Below are positions 22,601-35,200 of a stretch of DNA of 64,000 bases, in pieces (the first letter of the stretch is position 1; each line of letters opens with the position of its first letter). Under the pieces are notes generated by a model, which was not told the DNA's origin, did not search any database, and worked only from the letters and a program-made list of their open reading frames with translations. This stretch comes from Octopus bimaculoides. Lineage: Eukaryota. Position numbers and translations under genes: made by a program. Location of the stretch: assembly GCF_001194135.2 (NCBI RefSeq), contig NC_068989.1, positions 85,849,790 to 85,913,789 on the forward strand. Direction: 5' to 3'.

Positions 22601-25600
22601 TTTACTGTTTTGATTTCAGGGTCTTCGTACATTGGAGTTGTGTGTTGACAACTTACAGCCAGAATTTCTATATGAACATATTCAACCAGTCCGTGCTGAA
22701 TTGATGCAGGTCAGATTCGAGATATTTCTTTTACTTTTCCCTGCTACATCCCATCTTGATAATCTATTAGAGATGCCATTACGGTGTGGCTTTCATTGAT
22801 TATTTTTATCTTTTTATAGAAGATGGACGGAGTTAGTTTCATGGTCAGTGGTGTAGGGAATGGTGGTCAGTGGTGCTGGTTGTGGTATTGGTGATGGCAG
22901 CAGCTGATGTTCCAATCAAACCCAAGAGGCTGTGTTTCCATTGGTTTTTCAGACTATTGATATTACAATACCTTACACAAGTGCCATCATTTTCTTTTTT
23001 TATTGTGGGATTTGAACTGAAAATGTATAGAATCAGATACCACAAGGGATTCTGTCCAACATTTCAATCTCGCCAGTCCACTGCTCTGGATCAATACATT
23101 TTTATCAACCTTAATAGGTGCACATGTGGCTGTGTGGTAAGAAGTTTACTTCCCAGCCACATGGCTTCAAGTTTAGTCCCACTGCATGGCACCTTCAGCA
23201 AGTATCTTCCACTATAGACGAACTGACCAAAGCCTTGTGGGTGGATTTGGAAACTGAGAGAAGCTTGTCATATAAATATGTGTGTGTGTGTTACTGCTGC
23301 CTTGTCTTGGCTTCATGTGATAGTTGTAAACGAGTGTGATCATTGTGCAAACGGTATCCCCTGTTTCCAGTCTTCCATGAAAACATGTCTGGTCATGGGG
23401 AAATAAATATTACCTTACTTAGAAACAGGTGAGGGTTGGCAACAGGAAGGGCATCCGGCTGTAGAAAATCCGCCTCAACAACTTCCGTTCAACTCATGCA
23501 AACATGGAAAGGTGAATGTAAAATGATGATAATAATGATGGTGATGATGATGAATATATCCTGTGTCGAGCAAAGTAAAGGGTGAGGAAGGGAATTAGAT
23601 ATGAAAGCGGCAAGTCGGGAGTTCAAGTCTTGTTTGGTTGGATTGTATAATTTTGTTACCTTTTTTTTCTCTAGGCATTGTGGCGTACTTTAAGAAATCC
23701 ATCAGACAGCATTGCTCTTGTTGCCTTCCGCCTTCTGGGAAAGTTTGGTGGAGGTAACCGAAAAATGGTTAGAGAGCCTCAGCAAGTAAGTTTAGCATAA
23801 ATTATAATAGCTTGTGTATGTGTTTAGCATAAATTATATTGCTTGTGTGTGTGTTTAAATTTGCATAAAATATATTAGCTTGTGTGTATGTGTAAGTTAT
23901 TGAATGTAGACTCATCTTCTTTGCTTGTGTGTAAATTAACATAAATTATAAAGTGTGTGTGTGTGTTTGTTTCAAAGTGAATTTTCAGCTTCTTTTCCTC
24001 TTTATTTTCCTTGTGGTTGTATTTATTTATCTTTCTTCTTTTTCAGCTCAACTATAATGAAAAAGAAACAGTTGGTCCCTGTGTTGTACTTCAGTTCCAA
24101 GATTGTAAGATCCCTATTAATTTACCAGTAGAGAAAGTAAGTACATTTCAGTGCTTGTAAAGTAGTTGTGTATGTGTGTATTGGTGAGTGAGTCTTTATC
24201 AGTCGGTCCAGTTACTGGATTCCCACAGTGTTATACAGTGACAGAGCTTACAACGTTGTCCATGAACAAGTACAGCTGAGTGAACCAGAGCAATGTGAAA
24301 TGAAGTGCTCAAGAATAGAATGTGCTGCTTGGTCCAAGGATCAAAACCATGACTTTGCAATTATGGGTACAAAACCTTAACAGCTGGGCCACACTACTAC
24401 ATTTAATTGAAAATATCTGGAGCTGAAAAGAATTGACTTTACAGAAGAACTTCAATTGAAATGACTATCTTTTTTTTAATTTTTTTTTTTTATCTATAAG
24501 TGTTGGTAGTGGTGATGATGATGATAGTGGTGGAAGAGTTAGGATATAGCAGTAACTGATCTCCCTACATCCTCCCTACTTACATTATTGTTTAGCTCCA
24601 GGTCAGTGCTCATTGGGCAGACATGTGTCAAAGTGTTCTCGTTATGACCATTCTTGTTTATCTTAAAGGTATATTGGTTGTCACGGTAGCGTCGTCTGAA
24701 TGAGTCATTGTGATAGCATTGATGTTTTACTGCCACCATGACAACCATATAGGAGTCAACAGAGAGGAGTCACAACTGTATGAAATCTCCAGGCGGTTTT
24801 TAGCTGAAAAGTGTTGGCAGAAGGGCACCCAGAGGTCATGACCTGAAGGTGGCCCAGCCCCCTTAAGGGTGTAAGAAGTTAAAGGCAGAAATACTTGCCT
24901 GAAGAGTGTTTCTCCTCTGAAGTCAGCTCTCTTGAGGGTTTCTTACCACTAAAACTACATTACTGAATGGATTCATCATTGTTTTAAAGACATAGTGATT
25001 TGGTTGCCCTTTCTAGCAGTCAAGTGACTATGTAGATGTTCTCTACTTTCATTTAACCCTTTTAATACCAACCCAGCTAAAACCATCTCTGGCTCTGTAG
25101 TACAAATGTCTTGTTTTCAAAAATTCTGAATTAAAATCTTCCATCAAACCTTAGTCACAATTTCTGTTCCTAACACTAGCTGAATGATAACTAAGTTATT
25201 TTACTAAATTCTTTGTTGTATTTAAAATTAATTGAACGAAATACAGAGCATCTCAAAAGAAATATGGTAACAAAAAGGTTAAGGGCGTGTTTAGAGCAAG
25301 TTTTCAGAGATATGGAATTCTTGTTTAAGCCACACCCGACATAAATTTGTTAGATTTTTTCCTCTTTGTGAATAAAAGAAACTTTGCAAAGTTCATATCT
25401 GACATACATTATATTTCTCTCAGCAAAAAAGCAATAAACTGTGTATCGTACTTCTCTGAGAATGTTTGTAGAAAAACTGGGGTGGAGTGAATGTGATTGT
25501 GAAAGAAAATGGAATTGTGTGTGAGTGGTACAATGTTACTTGATGTTTGTCAGTGTGTGTTAGGTACATGCATTTTGGAGAGAGAGAGAGAGAGAGAGAG

Positions 25601-26312
25601 AGAGGGTGCAAGATAATCATTCATTGTTTGGACATAAATCCAAAGCAAACTGTAATGATATTATATTTTCTTTTCATTCTGTTCTATTACACAGGCCATT
25701 GACACTGCTTTGTCCAACCTGAAATGTAGTACAACAAATGCTTTTGTTTTGCGACAGTCTTGGGAACTGATTCGCTGTTTCTTGGTATCAGCCATGAGTC
25801 TGGATGACAGCCGCCAATCTCTTCAGCATCTCTTCTCACACAACAGGTCAGTATACCTGGTGCACAGATCCATTTGTTAGTAAACTCTTCAGAAGTAGGT
25901 AGGTTGGGTGACCAAGATGTTTGTAGGGCCTCTCTGACTGCTGAAACAACCTAAGCATTTGTAAGTCGACACCAACAAGAAAAACATGACTGGATGAACA
26001 AATTTGCTTCAAATATTGGCAACAGAGTGAAGAACTCTTCACTAAGGTACCCAATAAAAGATGGTAGTGTTGTTAAACCAAGCAGTATGCTAGGCCTACT
26101 GTCTAATGTAGGCACCAAATGACCAGGTGTTTGTGTTAAATAGGGTGGTATGTTAGACCTATTTTATATATATTAGTCAGTGAGGAAGAAACAGGAGTAG
26201 GCCCATCCAGTGTGGTGAGATTAATATCATATATAGTTGATGCAAACATCTACAGATCAAAGATCTGCATGACCAGGACTAAGAGATATGCAACGACATG
26301 CATATATATATA

Positions 26313-26360
<48 letters not shown>

Positions 26361-29300
26361 NNNNNNNNNNNNNNNNNNNNNNNNNNNNNNNNNNNNNNNN
26401 NNNNNNNNNNNNNNNNNNNNNNNNNNNNNNNNNNNNNNNNNNNNNNNNNNNNNNNNNNNNNNNNNNNNNNNNNNNNNNNNNNNNNNNNNNNNNNNNNNNN
26501 NNNNNNNNNNNNNNNNNNNNNNNNNNNNNNNNNNNNNNNNNNNNNNNNNNNNNNNNNNNNNNNNNNNNNNNNNNNNNNNNNNNNNNNNNNNNNNNNNNNN
26601 NNNNNNNNNNNNNNNNNNNNNNNNNNNNNNNNNNNNNNTGGACCCCTATACAAAAATCCTGATGCCAACCTACGCAAGGTTCATGAACAAGCTCTTACAG
26701 GAATGTTTGGTAAGTAAACACTTCTTATGTCTCTGAGTAATGCACTTAATTTTGCTTGTACTACATTGCTTACTTCACAGTTCAGTGATTAATTGTGTGA
26801 ACAGGACATTCATCTTTAAAAACAGACAAATTGCTCCAGCAAATATACCATGGCACGTATACAAGGACACATAAATAGATAAAAATTGTTATAAATAAAC
26901 AAAATCATTGTTAAAAATAGTGAAAAAATGAAAACACATGATTGTTCAATTTTTGAAATGTGGCTGTGATTCCAGGTGCAGTCCCACTGCATGGCACCTT
27001 GGGCAAGTTTTTTCCACTATATTTCCGGGCGACCACAGCCTTGTGAGTGGATCCGGTAGACAAAAACTGTAAAAAGCCCATTGTGTGTATCTGTCCTTGT
27101 CATGGCATTGTGTGATAGTTGTAAATGGTTGTTACCGTTATAAAAGCAGTGTCATTCATTTCCAGTATTCTACAAGAACATGTCTGGCCATCAAAGAAAT
27201 ATTACCTTGCTCGGAAACAGTTAAGGTTTGGTGATATGAAAGGCATCCAGCTGTACTAAATCTGTCTCAATAAACTCCAACCAACCCATGCAAGCATAGA
27301 AAAGTGGATGTTAAGATGATAATGAATTAATAAATTAATGAAATATTAATGAAAATTTTTTTTAATCTGTCTATTATCAAAGGAATATTTGCATTTATTT
27401 TTCCAGTGGCTGCTGCCATCAAAGAACTCCGTAATCCTGTTCTTTCATTTATGGGATGTATGGTTCGGCACTACACAATGGTTGCAATTTCTCATCAATG
27501 TGGTAAGCCTTTTGCATGTTTATTCTTTTAACATTTTGTCTTTTATAAATAACCCCAAACCTTTCACCTCACCTTTTGGTTCTTCTCAATGGATCCATTT
27601 TGTTGCAAGCATTCAGATCAGTTCTCCAGTCTGAGATTAACTCAGTATCACAACATGCTGCTTCCTAAAGTGCCATTGTATGAGGAATGATTACTCCCAT
27701 CACCTCAACCTCTTGGCCCTTTTGAGCAGTCATAAATGCTGCTCTTCATACTCTCACTAGGTTATAAAAACATATTTAATACCTCCTTGTTGAGACTATA
27801 ATACCCCCTTGCTGAGAGTGTAATTCCCCCCTTTTTGAGAATGTAATACTTTGTTGATGAATATTAATTTTCATCAAGTATTGAGATACCTGGTGCCTGG
27901 CTGTACTTAAGAAGACCCATACCCCAACAGTAGTGTAAAGCACTTCTGGTGATGCTACATAAAAGCACCTACGCAATACCACGTAAAAGCACCCGTGTGG
28001 TGCCATGTAAAAGTGTCAGTGTGACACCATGTAAAAGTGCCAGGTAGTGCCATGTAAAAGCATTCAGCACACTGTAAAGTGATTGGCATTAGGAAGGGCA
28101 TCCAGCCGTAGAAACAAATCAGACTGGAAGCCAAGTGAGACCGGAGCCTGGTACAGCGCCCCCAGCTTGCCACCTCTGGTCAAAACGTCCAACCCATACC
28201 AGCATAGATAACAGACGTTAAATGATGATTATGATGATGATGATTCATTGTGATGGTGTTTTGCATAAGTCTGATAATGTTTTACAAGCTGAATGCCTGT
28301 AAGAATGCAACAAATGATAGAATGCTGTGTTGGAAAAGACTTGATTAACTTATGCAAATATGGAAAAAGAACTGTACAGTGATGCTGATGACGATGCTTG
28401 TGGCAGCCATCATTGTCATCATCATCACACCCTCAATGTCATCTTTGTTTGGGCTTCAGTGTGAAGGCTTCCCACTTGGTGGTATTATTGTTTATTAATT
28501 TAGCCCATGATAATGTGTCTTGGGTACACTTGGCTAAGTCCCTCTATATGAGTGTTGTGCTAAATGTCAGGCAAGTGGTTGAAAAAGTGGTGAGAGGTAT
28601 TAACCCCCCCCCCCCTGACCCTGACACACATTTGAGCTTTCTGAATTTAAGAATTTCCCTTTCTATTTCTGTTGCTGGACCTCTTCTTTGTTGACCGGGG
28701 GGGGGTTTGTCCTCTACTGAAGGCTTAGAGACTGAACTGCATTGCCAATGAAACACACATACCCCTTATTTTGTCAGCAACACCCTATTCGTGCCACCAG
28801 TGTCCTGTTTCTTGCTTGCCCTGCTGGAATTGCCATCTGTACCATTCTTCTTGTAGGTCCATTCCCAGTCGGGGAGAAGCAGAACAAACTGCAAGGAATC
28901 GATACTCAGATATTGGTTGATGCTATAGCTGCTGTGATGGGACATGAAGAGAAGGAACTCTGCAAACCAGGAACTGTTGCCTTGATGCTCATTCTAAATA
29001 CTGCCACAATCATTTTGGGCTCACAAGAACGTGTAAGTACCTCTTTATTATTTTCATCGAGAACTATTCATCATGTACAATTCTTCACCATCTCCACTCC
29101 AACTGTTTATTATATCAGAAGGTTTCTTTTGCATGTAAACTCTTCGGGGACGGACATACACATGTATGGACAGGTGGACAACACACATATTTAGACACAC
29201 ACACACACACACACAGACATGACGACACATACATACACAGATGAATGTGATCACACATACACAGACACACACACACTCAAATGGACAACATGAAGACATG

Positions 29301-29369
29301 TATACAAGCACATGTTCATGCACACATGTGGATGGGTGATGAGTGATCAACACTCATGGATGGCTCCAT

Positions 29370-29418
<49 letters not shown>

Positions 29419-32187
29419 CATATGATTTGACAACAAACACAGACGGCCTCACACACACATACATGCATACAGACATATGTGCTCGACACCATACACATAT
29501 TGCCACTATGTTCCCACATTGACCTAATCATGTTTATGGTGACCAATTCCTTCTACTGCATCTTCTCAACTCCATCTTCCGTTGTTTCAGGCTTGCCAGC
29601 TGCCATTTTTTGAGTATTTGGTAGAACGCCTCTGTGCCCTCTGTTATGACCGAGCTTGGTATGCTAAGTACGGCGGGTAAGTTGATACTCTTCACTTTTA
29701 TATCTGGCTGTGTGGTAAAATGTTTGCTTCCCAACCATATGGTTTTGGGTTCAGTCTTACTGTGTGGAACCTTGGGCGAGTGTTTTCTACTATATAGCTC
29801 CTGGCTGACCTAAGCCTCATTTATGAATTTGGTAGATGGAAACTAAAAGAAGCCTGTCATATCGTGCGGGTGACACGTAAAAGCACCCACTACACTCTCT
29901 GAGTGGTTGGCGTTAGGAAGGGCATCCAGCTGTAGAAACTCTGCCAAATTAGATTGGAGCCTGGTGTAGCCATCCGGTTGCACCAGTCCTCAGTCAAATC
30001 GTCCAACCCATGCTAGCATGGAAAGCGGACGTTAAACGATGATGATGATGATGATATATATATATATATATATATANNNNNNNNNNNNNNNNNNNNNNNN
30101 NNNNNNNNNNNNNNNNNNNNNNNNNNNNNNNNNNNNNNNNNNNNNNNNNNNNNNNNNNNNNNNNNNNNNNNNNNNNNNNNNNNNNNNNNNNNNNNNNNNN
30201 NNNNNNNNNNNNNNNNNNNNNNNNNNNNNNNNNNNNNNNNNNNNNNNNNNNNNNNNNNNNNNNNNNNNNNNNNNNNNNNNNNNNNNNNNNNNNNNNNNNN
30301 NNNNNNNNNNNNNNNNNNNNNNNNNNNNNNNNNNNNNNNNNNNNNNNNNNNNNNNNNNNNNNNNNNNNNNNNNNNNNNNNNNNNNNNNNNNNNNNNNNNN
30401 NNNNNNNNNNNNNNNNNNNNNNNNNNNNNNNNNNNNNNNNNNNNNNNNNNNNNNNNNNNNNNNNNNNNNNNNNNNNNNNNNNNNNNNNNNNNNNNNNNNN
30501 NNNNNNNNNNNNNNNNNNNNNNNNNNNNNNNNNNNNNNNNNNNNNNNNNNNNNNNNNNNNNNNNNNNNNNNNNNNNNNNNNNNNNNNNNNNNNNNNNNNN
30601 NNNNNNNNNNNNNNNNNNNNNNNNNNNNNNNNNNNNNNNNNNNNNNNNNNNNNNNNNNNNNNNNNNNNNNNNNNNNNNNNNNNNNNNNNNNNNNNNNNNN
30701 NNNNNNNNNNNNNNNNNNNNNNNNNNNNNNNNNNNNNNNNNNNNNNNNNNNNNNNNNNNNNNNNNNNNNNNNNNNNNNNNNNNNNNNNNNNNNNNNNNNN
30801 NNNNNNNNNNNNNNNNNNNNNNNNNNNNNNNNNNNNNNNNNNNNNNNNNNNNNNNNNNNNNNNNNNNNNNNNNNNAAGAACTTGGAAGTTTGGGCCTCCA
30901 ACTAGGCCTTTTGCAATACCATTAAAGCCAGGAACTTTTCAGCAGCCTCTCGTGTGCATGTATGTATGATAGATTCAATAAAATAAAGCAGGCAGTGAGC
31001 TGGCAGAAACATTAGCATGCCGGGTGAAATGCTCAGCGGTATTTCATCTGCTGCTATGTTCTGAGTTCAAATTCCACCGGGTTGGCAACAAGAAAGACAT
31101 TTGGTCGTAGAAAATTTACCTTAGCAAATTCCATGCACTAAAATGATGACACTAAAATGATGATAGTGTGATATGTATATATGAATACGTGTGTCTTCTT
31201 GCCTTGATATGACATAATAGTTGTAAATAAGTGTCACCACCATGTAAGGGGTGTCATTTGTTTTCTATCCTCCATAAAAACATGTCTAGTCTTGGGGAAA
31301 CATTACTTGGAAGCAGGTAAGGGTTAGTAACAGGAACGACGTCTGACTGGAGAAAATCTGGCTGACTAGTGTGACCATGGTAAAATGGATGTTAAAACAG
31401 TGACGATTGCGACAACTCTGTGTGTGTGTGTATTTTTATCTATCATGTTTTAACCATCTCGTTTCTCTCATCAATATTGCAGGTGTCAAGCAATTAAAGT
31501 CCTCTATGAACATATGCCAAAGAAGTGGGTTCTACAACATCAATTTGTATTTCTGAAAGCTTTACTTTTTGTCATGTTGGACCTTACTGGTGAGGTGAGA
31601 AAGACTTAAAGTATACTTTAACATTTGTAAATGATGTTTTAGTCTTCATCCTTTGTTTCATGTCCTCTGCAACCTAAGTAACTGAATGCTTTAGAATTTA
31701 TTGATTACATTTTGGAAATGGTTGTTGTGTTTCATTTTAACTCGCATCAGTCCTTATCAAGCAGGTTTTTCATCTAAGACATTCCATTCATGAACATCCC
31801 TTCTTTGTTTTTTCAAACATAATATAATTGTGGGTATGGCTGTGTCATAAGAAGTTTGCTTCCCAACCACATGGTTCTGGGTTCAGTCGCACTTTGGGCA
31901 AGTGTCTTCTACTTCAGTCCCAGGTCGACCAAAGTCTTGTTAGTGGATTTGGTAGATGGAAACTGAAAGAAGCCTGTCGTGTGTGTGTGTTTTTTTTTTG
32001 CCCCCCCCCTGCTTCACAACTGGTGTTGGTGTGTTTATGTCCCTGTAACCCAGTGGTTCAGCAAATGAAACTGATAGAATAAATACCAGGCTTCAAAAAA
32101 GTTAGTACTGGGGTCTATTTTATAAAAGAAATGATAAATTTAGGTTATGAAACCAATGCAGTCCTAGATACAGATTTAGTGTGTCTG

Positions 32188-32233
<46 letters not shown>

Positions 32234-35200
32234 TGAGTTGCTGAGGCTGATAAGTCAGATTTGACCTGGGGCTAAACAACAGAATAACAAGAATAACAAG
32301 TACAAAAGCCATCTCTCTTTTAACATGTAAAATTTATGTTTTGGTGTTGTTTTTTTTTCCCTTTTTGCAGGTATCAAGTGGGGCAATAGACTTGGCCAAA
32401 AATAACATGAAGAATATGTTGATTCTTTGTGCCAAAGAGATTCCAGATGCAACAAATGATCTCCTTGCAGTTCAGAAACAGTCTTTCCACGATGTCACCT
32501 TGGAGCTTGTACGGCAGGTGACCTCTTCAAATACCTTGATAAGAGAGCAGGTAAGATTGGAGTGACCTCTTGAAGGACCTTAATAAGTGGGTGGGTACAT
32601 TGAGGGGCCTCTCCAAATACCTTGTTATAGGGAAAGCTGCGACTTCTTCACATATCTTAGTAAAGAGACAACTAAGATCAGGCAACCTCTTTTATGTTTT
32701 GGGTTGAGCACACATGAATGGCTTTTTTAAAAAATAATCTAACAATTGCCAGCATCACGTAAAAAGTACCTATGGGATGAGGTGGTGAAGCATGACCTTC
32801 AAACACTGGGCCTCACAGAGGTAATGACAAGTGACCGATACCTTTGGAGAAATGCTGTGATTGAGAAGACCCGGCAACTAAAGTTAGATTGCAGCCACAT
32901 ATGTCCAGCCCAGTTAAGAGTACCCCTGATGCGTTGTGCGATGTGGTATGCTTGAGAAAACCTGTTGAGTCAAGTAAAACCAATATTGTAGCTGTGGCCA
33001 GTGCCCTCTGACTGGCTCCTGTGCCAGTGCATGTAAAAAGCACCATCCGAATGCGGTCAATGCCAGTGGAATGTAAAAAGCACCATCCGAATGTAGCCAA
33101 TGCCAGTACCCGCTGACTGGCCCCAGTGCCGGTGGTATGTAAAAAGCACTATCCGAACATGATCGATGCCAGGCTTGCCTGACTGGCTCCTGTGCTGGTG
33201 GCATGTATAAAGCACTCGCTATGCTCTTGGAGTGGTTGGCATTAGGAAGAGCAGCCAACTGTAGAAACATTGCCAGATCAGATTGGAGCCTGGTGCAGCC
33301 GCTGGTTCTCTAGACCTCAGTCAAACCATTCAATCCATGCTAACATGGAAAATAGATGTTAAAACGATGATGATGATGAAACCAGTATACTCAACTAGAT
33401 GTATAATGTTGAGGAATTATACTGAATTATAACAAGATTCAGATGCAGTCTGAAAAGGAGAAGACTGCTCTGCTATGGGTGTGTGATGCATGCAGAGGAT
33501 GGCAGTTGTGTAGAGAAGTGCCCCACACATTGGTAATGTATTGTGTCAGTTAAGTGTTGGTTGAAGTCATGATCTAACATGATGTTTGATAATATATTTA
33601 ACTCAAACTTCTTGGATTGATCTATAATATTCTACTACTTCCATTAGATTTGATATTGTTTTATCACACTGTGCTATATCTGTCCCTTTTTCATATGTTT
33701 AATTCTTTAAAAAGTCAAATTAAATCTCTCATCTTGGAAGATAAAGTTCCAAAGACAAAATTATAATTGTTTTAACTATTAACTTCATCTCCAGCAATAA
33801 AAGAGTTATCAATATTTGCATCCACACTGTTTCAATTGGTTTAATTTCATTTCATCATTAGGTGTCATATTTTCTTTTTAAACTCCACATAGAGTAGGAA
33901 GCGCAGTACCCATGAGCCTCTGTTTTTCTGAAGTTTCAAGATTGACGGGAAGAAGGCTGGAATTATCCTCAAATCATAAACCTGGCTCAAATGCTTGCTA
34001 AAGAGTGAACTTTGCTGTATGTATCCATGATGTCAAACAAGGCAACACATTGAGTTCACACAGTACTAGACTGGATCCAAACTAGGAATGCTTATATCTA
34101 ATCAAAGAGTTACATTATTCTTATCTACAAGATCGCTGATGCATATCCATGTATCAGTATCCTCATGGATAAAATTTAGAGCTTGAATCCAGTCTGGCAT
34201 TGATGTACGCATCCAGGAATAAGATACATGAGAACAACCAGTAATCAGTGGGATTGAAACATAGAGTAGACATAAATATTGTAATAAATTCTATCATATC
34301 TAAAGATGAAATTTAATACTTAGAGCAATTGTAATTGTATTAACGATGTCTAATTTTGTGTGGACATTTTATTTTCTTATTGCTAGGCAATGAATGCTTT
34401 AGAAGTATTGGCGGAGACAACCGGCAAAACAGTTACCGACATAATGGAGCCGCACAAAGAGGTTATGCAGGATATGATCCCCCCCAAGAAGCATCTTCTG
34501 CACCATCAGCCAGCGCATGTTCAGATTGGATTGATGGTCAGTTCAGCGTCTCTCTCTCTCTATCTCTCTTTTCATGTATTGTTGACTATGGTGAAATTGA
34601 AGTTGACAATATTATCAAGACTGAAGATAATGAAATTGTAGCTGACTTTAATAAAGCTAAGTGTGACAATGACAAATTTGACAGTGAACCACTAGGTTTA
34701 TTTCTGCTAATTGATCTGTATTTCATCTGATTTCTGAAAATTTTCTCTTTCTGTAAGACCATTGTGCTGAATCAGAATAGATTATTATCGTTATTATTAA
34801 TATTAATATTCCACTGTGGTTCCAGTAAAATGAAGAATATGACAAAAGTCTTTTGAAATATTGGTGGTAGAAAACTATTGACAAGACTGTATAAATGCCG
34901 CCTGTTGTCTTGAAGTTGAATGTGTTTTAATCCTATTTTCTAGGAAGGGAGCACGTTCTGTACAACTCTACAGCCGAGACTTTTTACCATAGATCTCTTG
35001 AAAATGGAACACAAGGTCTTTTTTGCTGAGGTATGCTCTTGTTTATCCTTCAGCTTTTCTTCTCTTTGTATTTTTGACTCTTTCCATATATATTTTTCTT
35101 CTCTTTGTATTTTTGACTCTTTCCATATATATTTTTCTTCTCTTTGTATTTTTGACTCTTTCCATATATATTTTTCTTCTNNNNNNNNNNNNNNNNNNNN

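Noticed and set aside
28590-28710. C-run/G-run pair as a MITE or hairpin
   Set aside because: Complementarity is limited to homopolymers; no TIR or TSD found.
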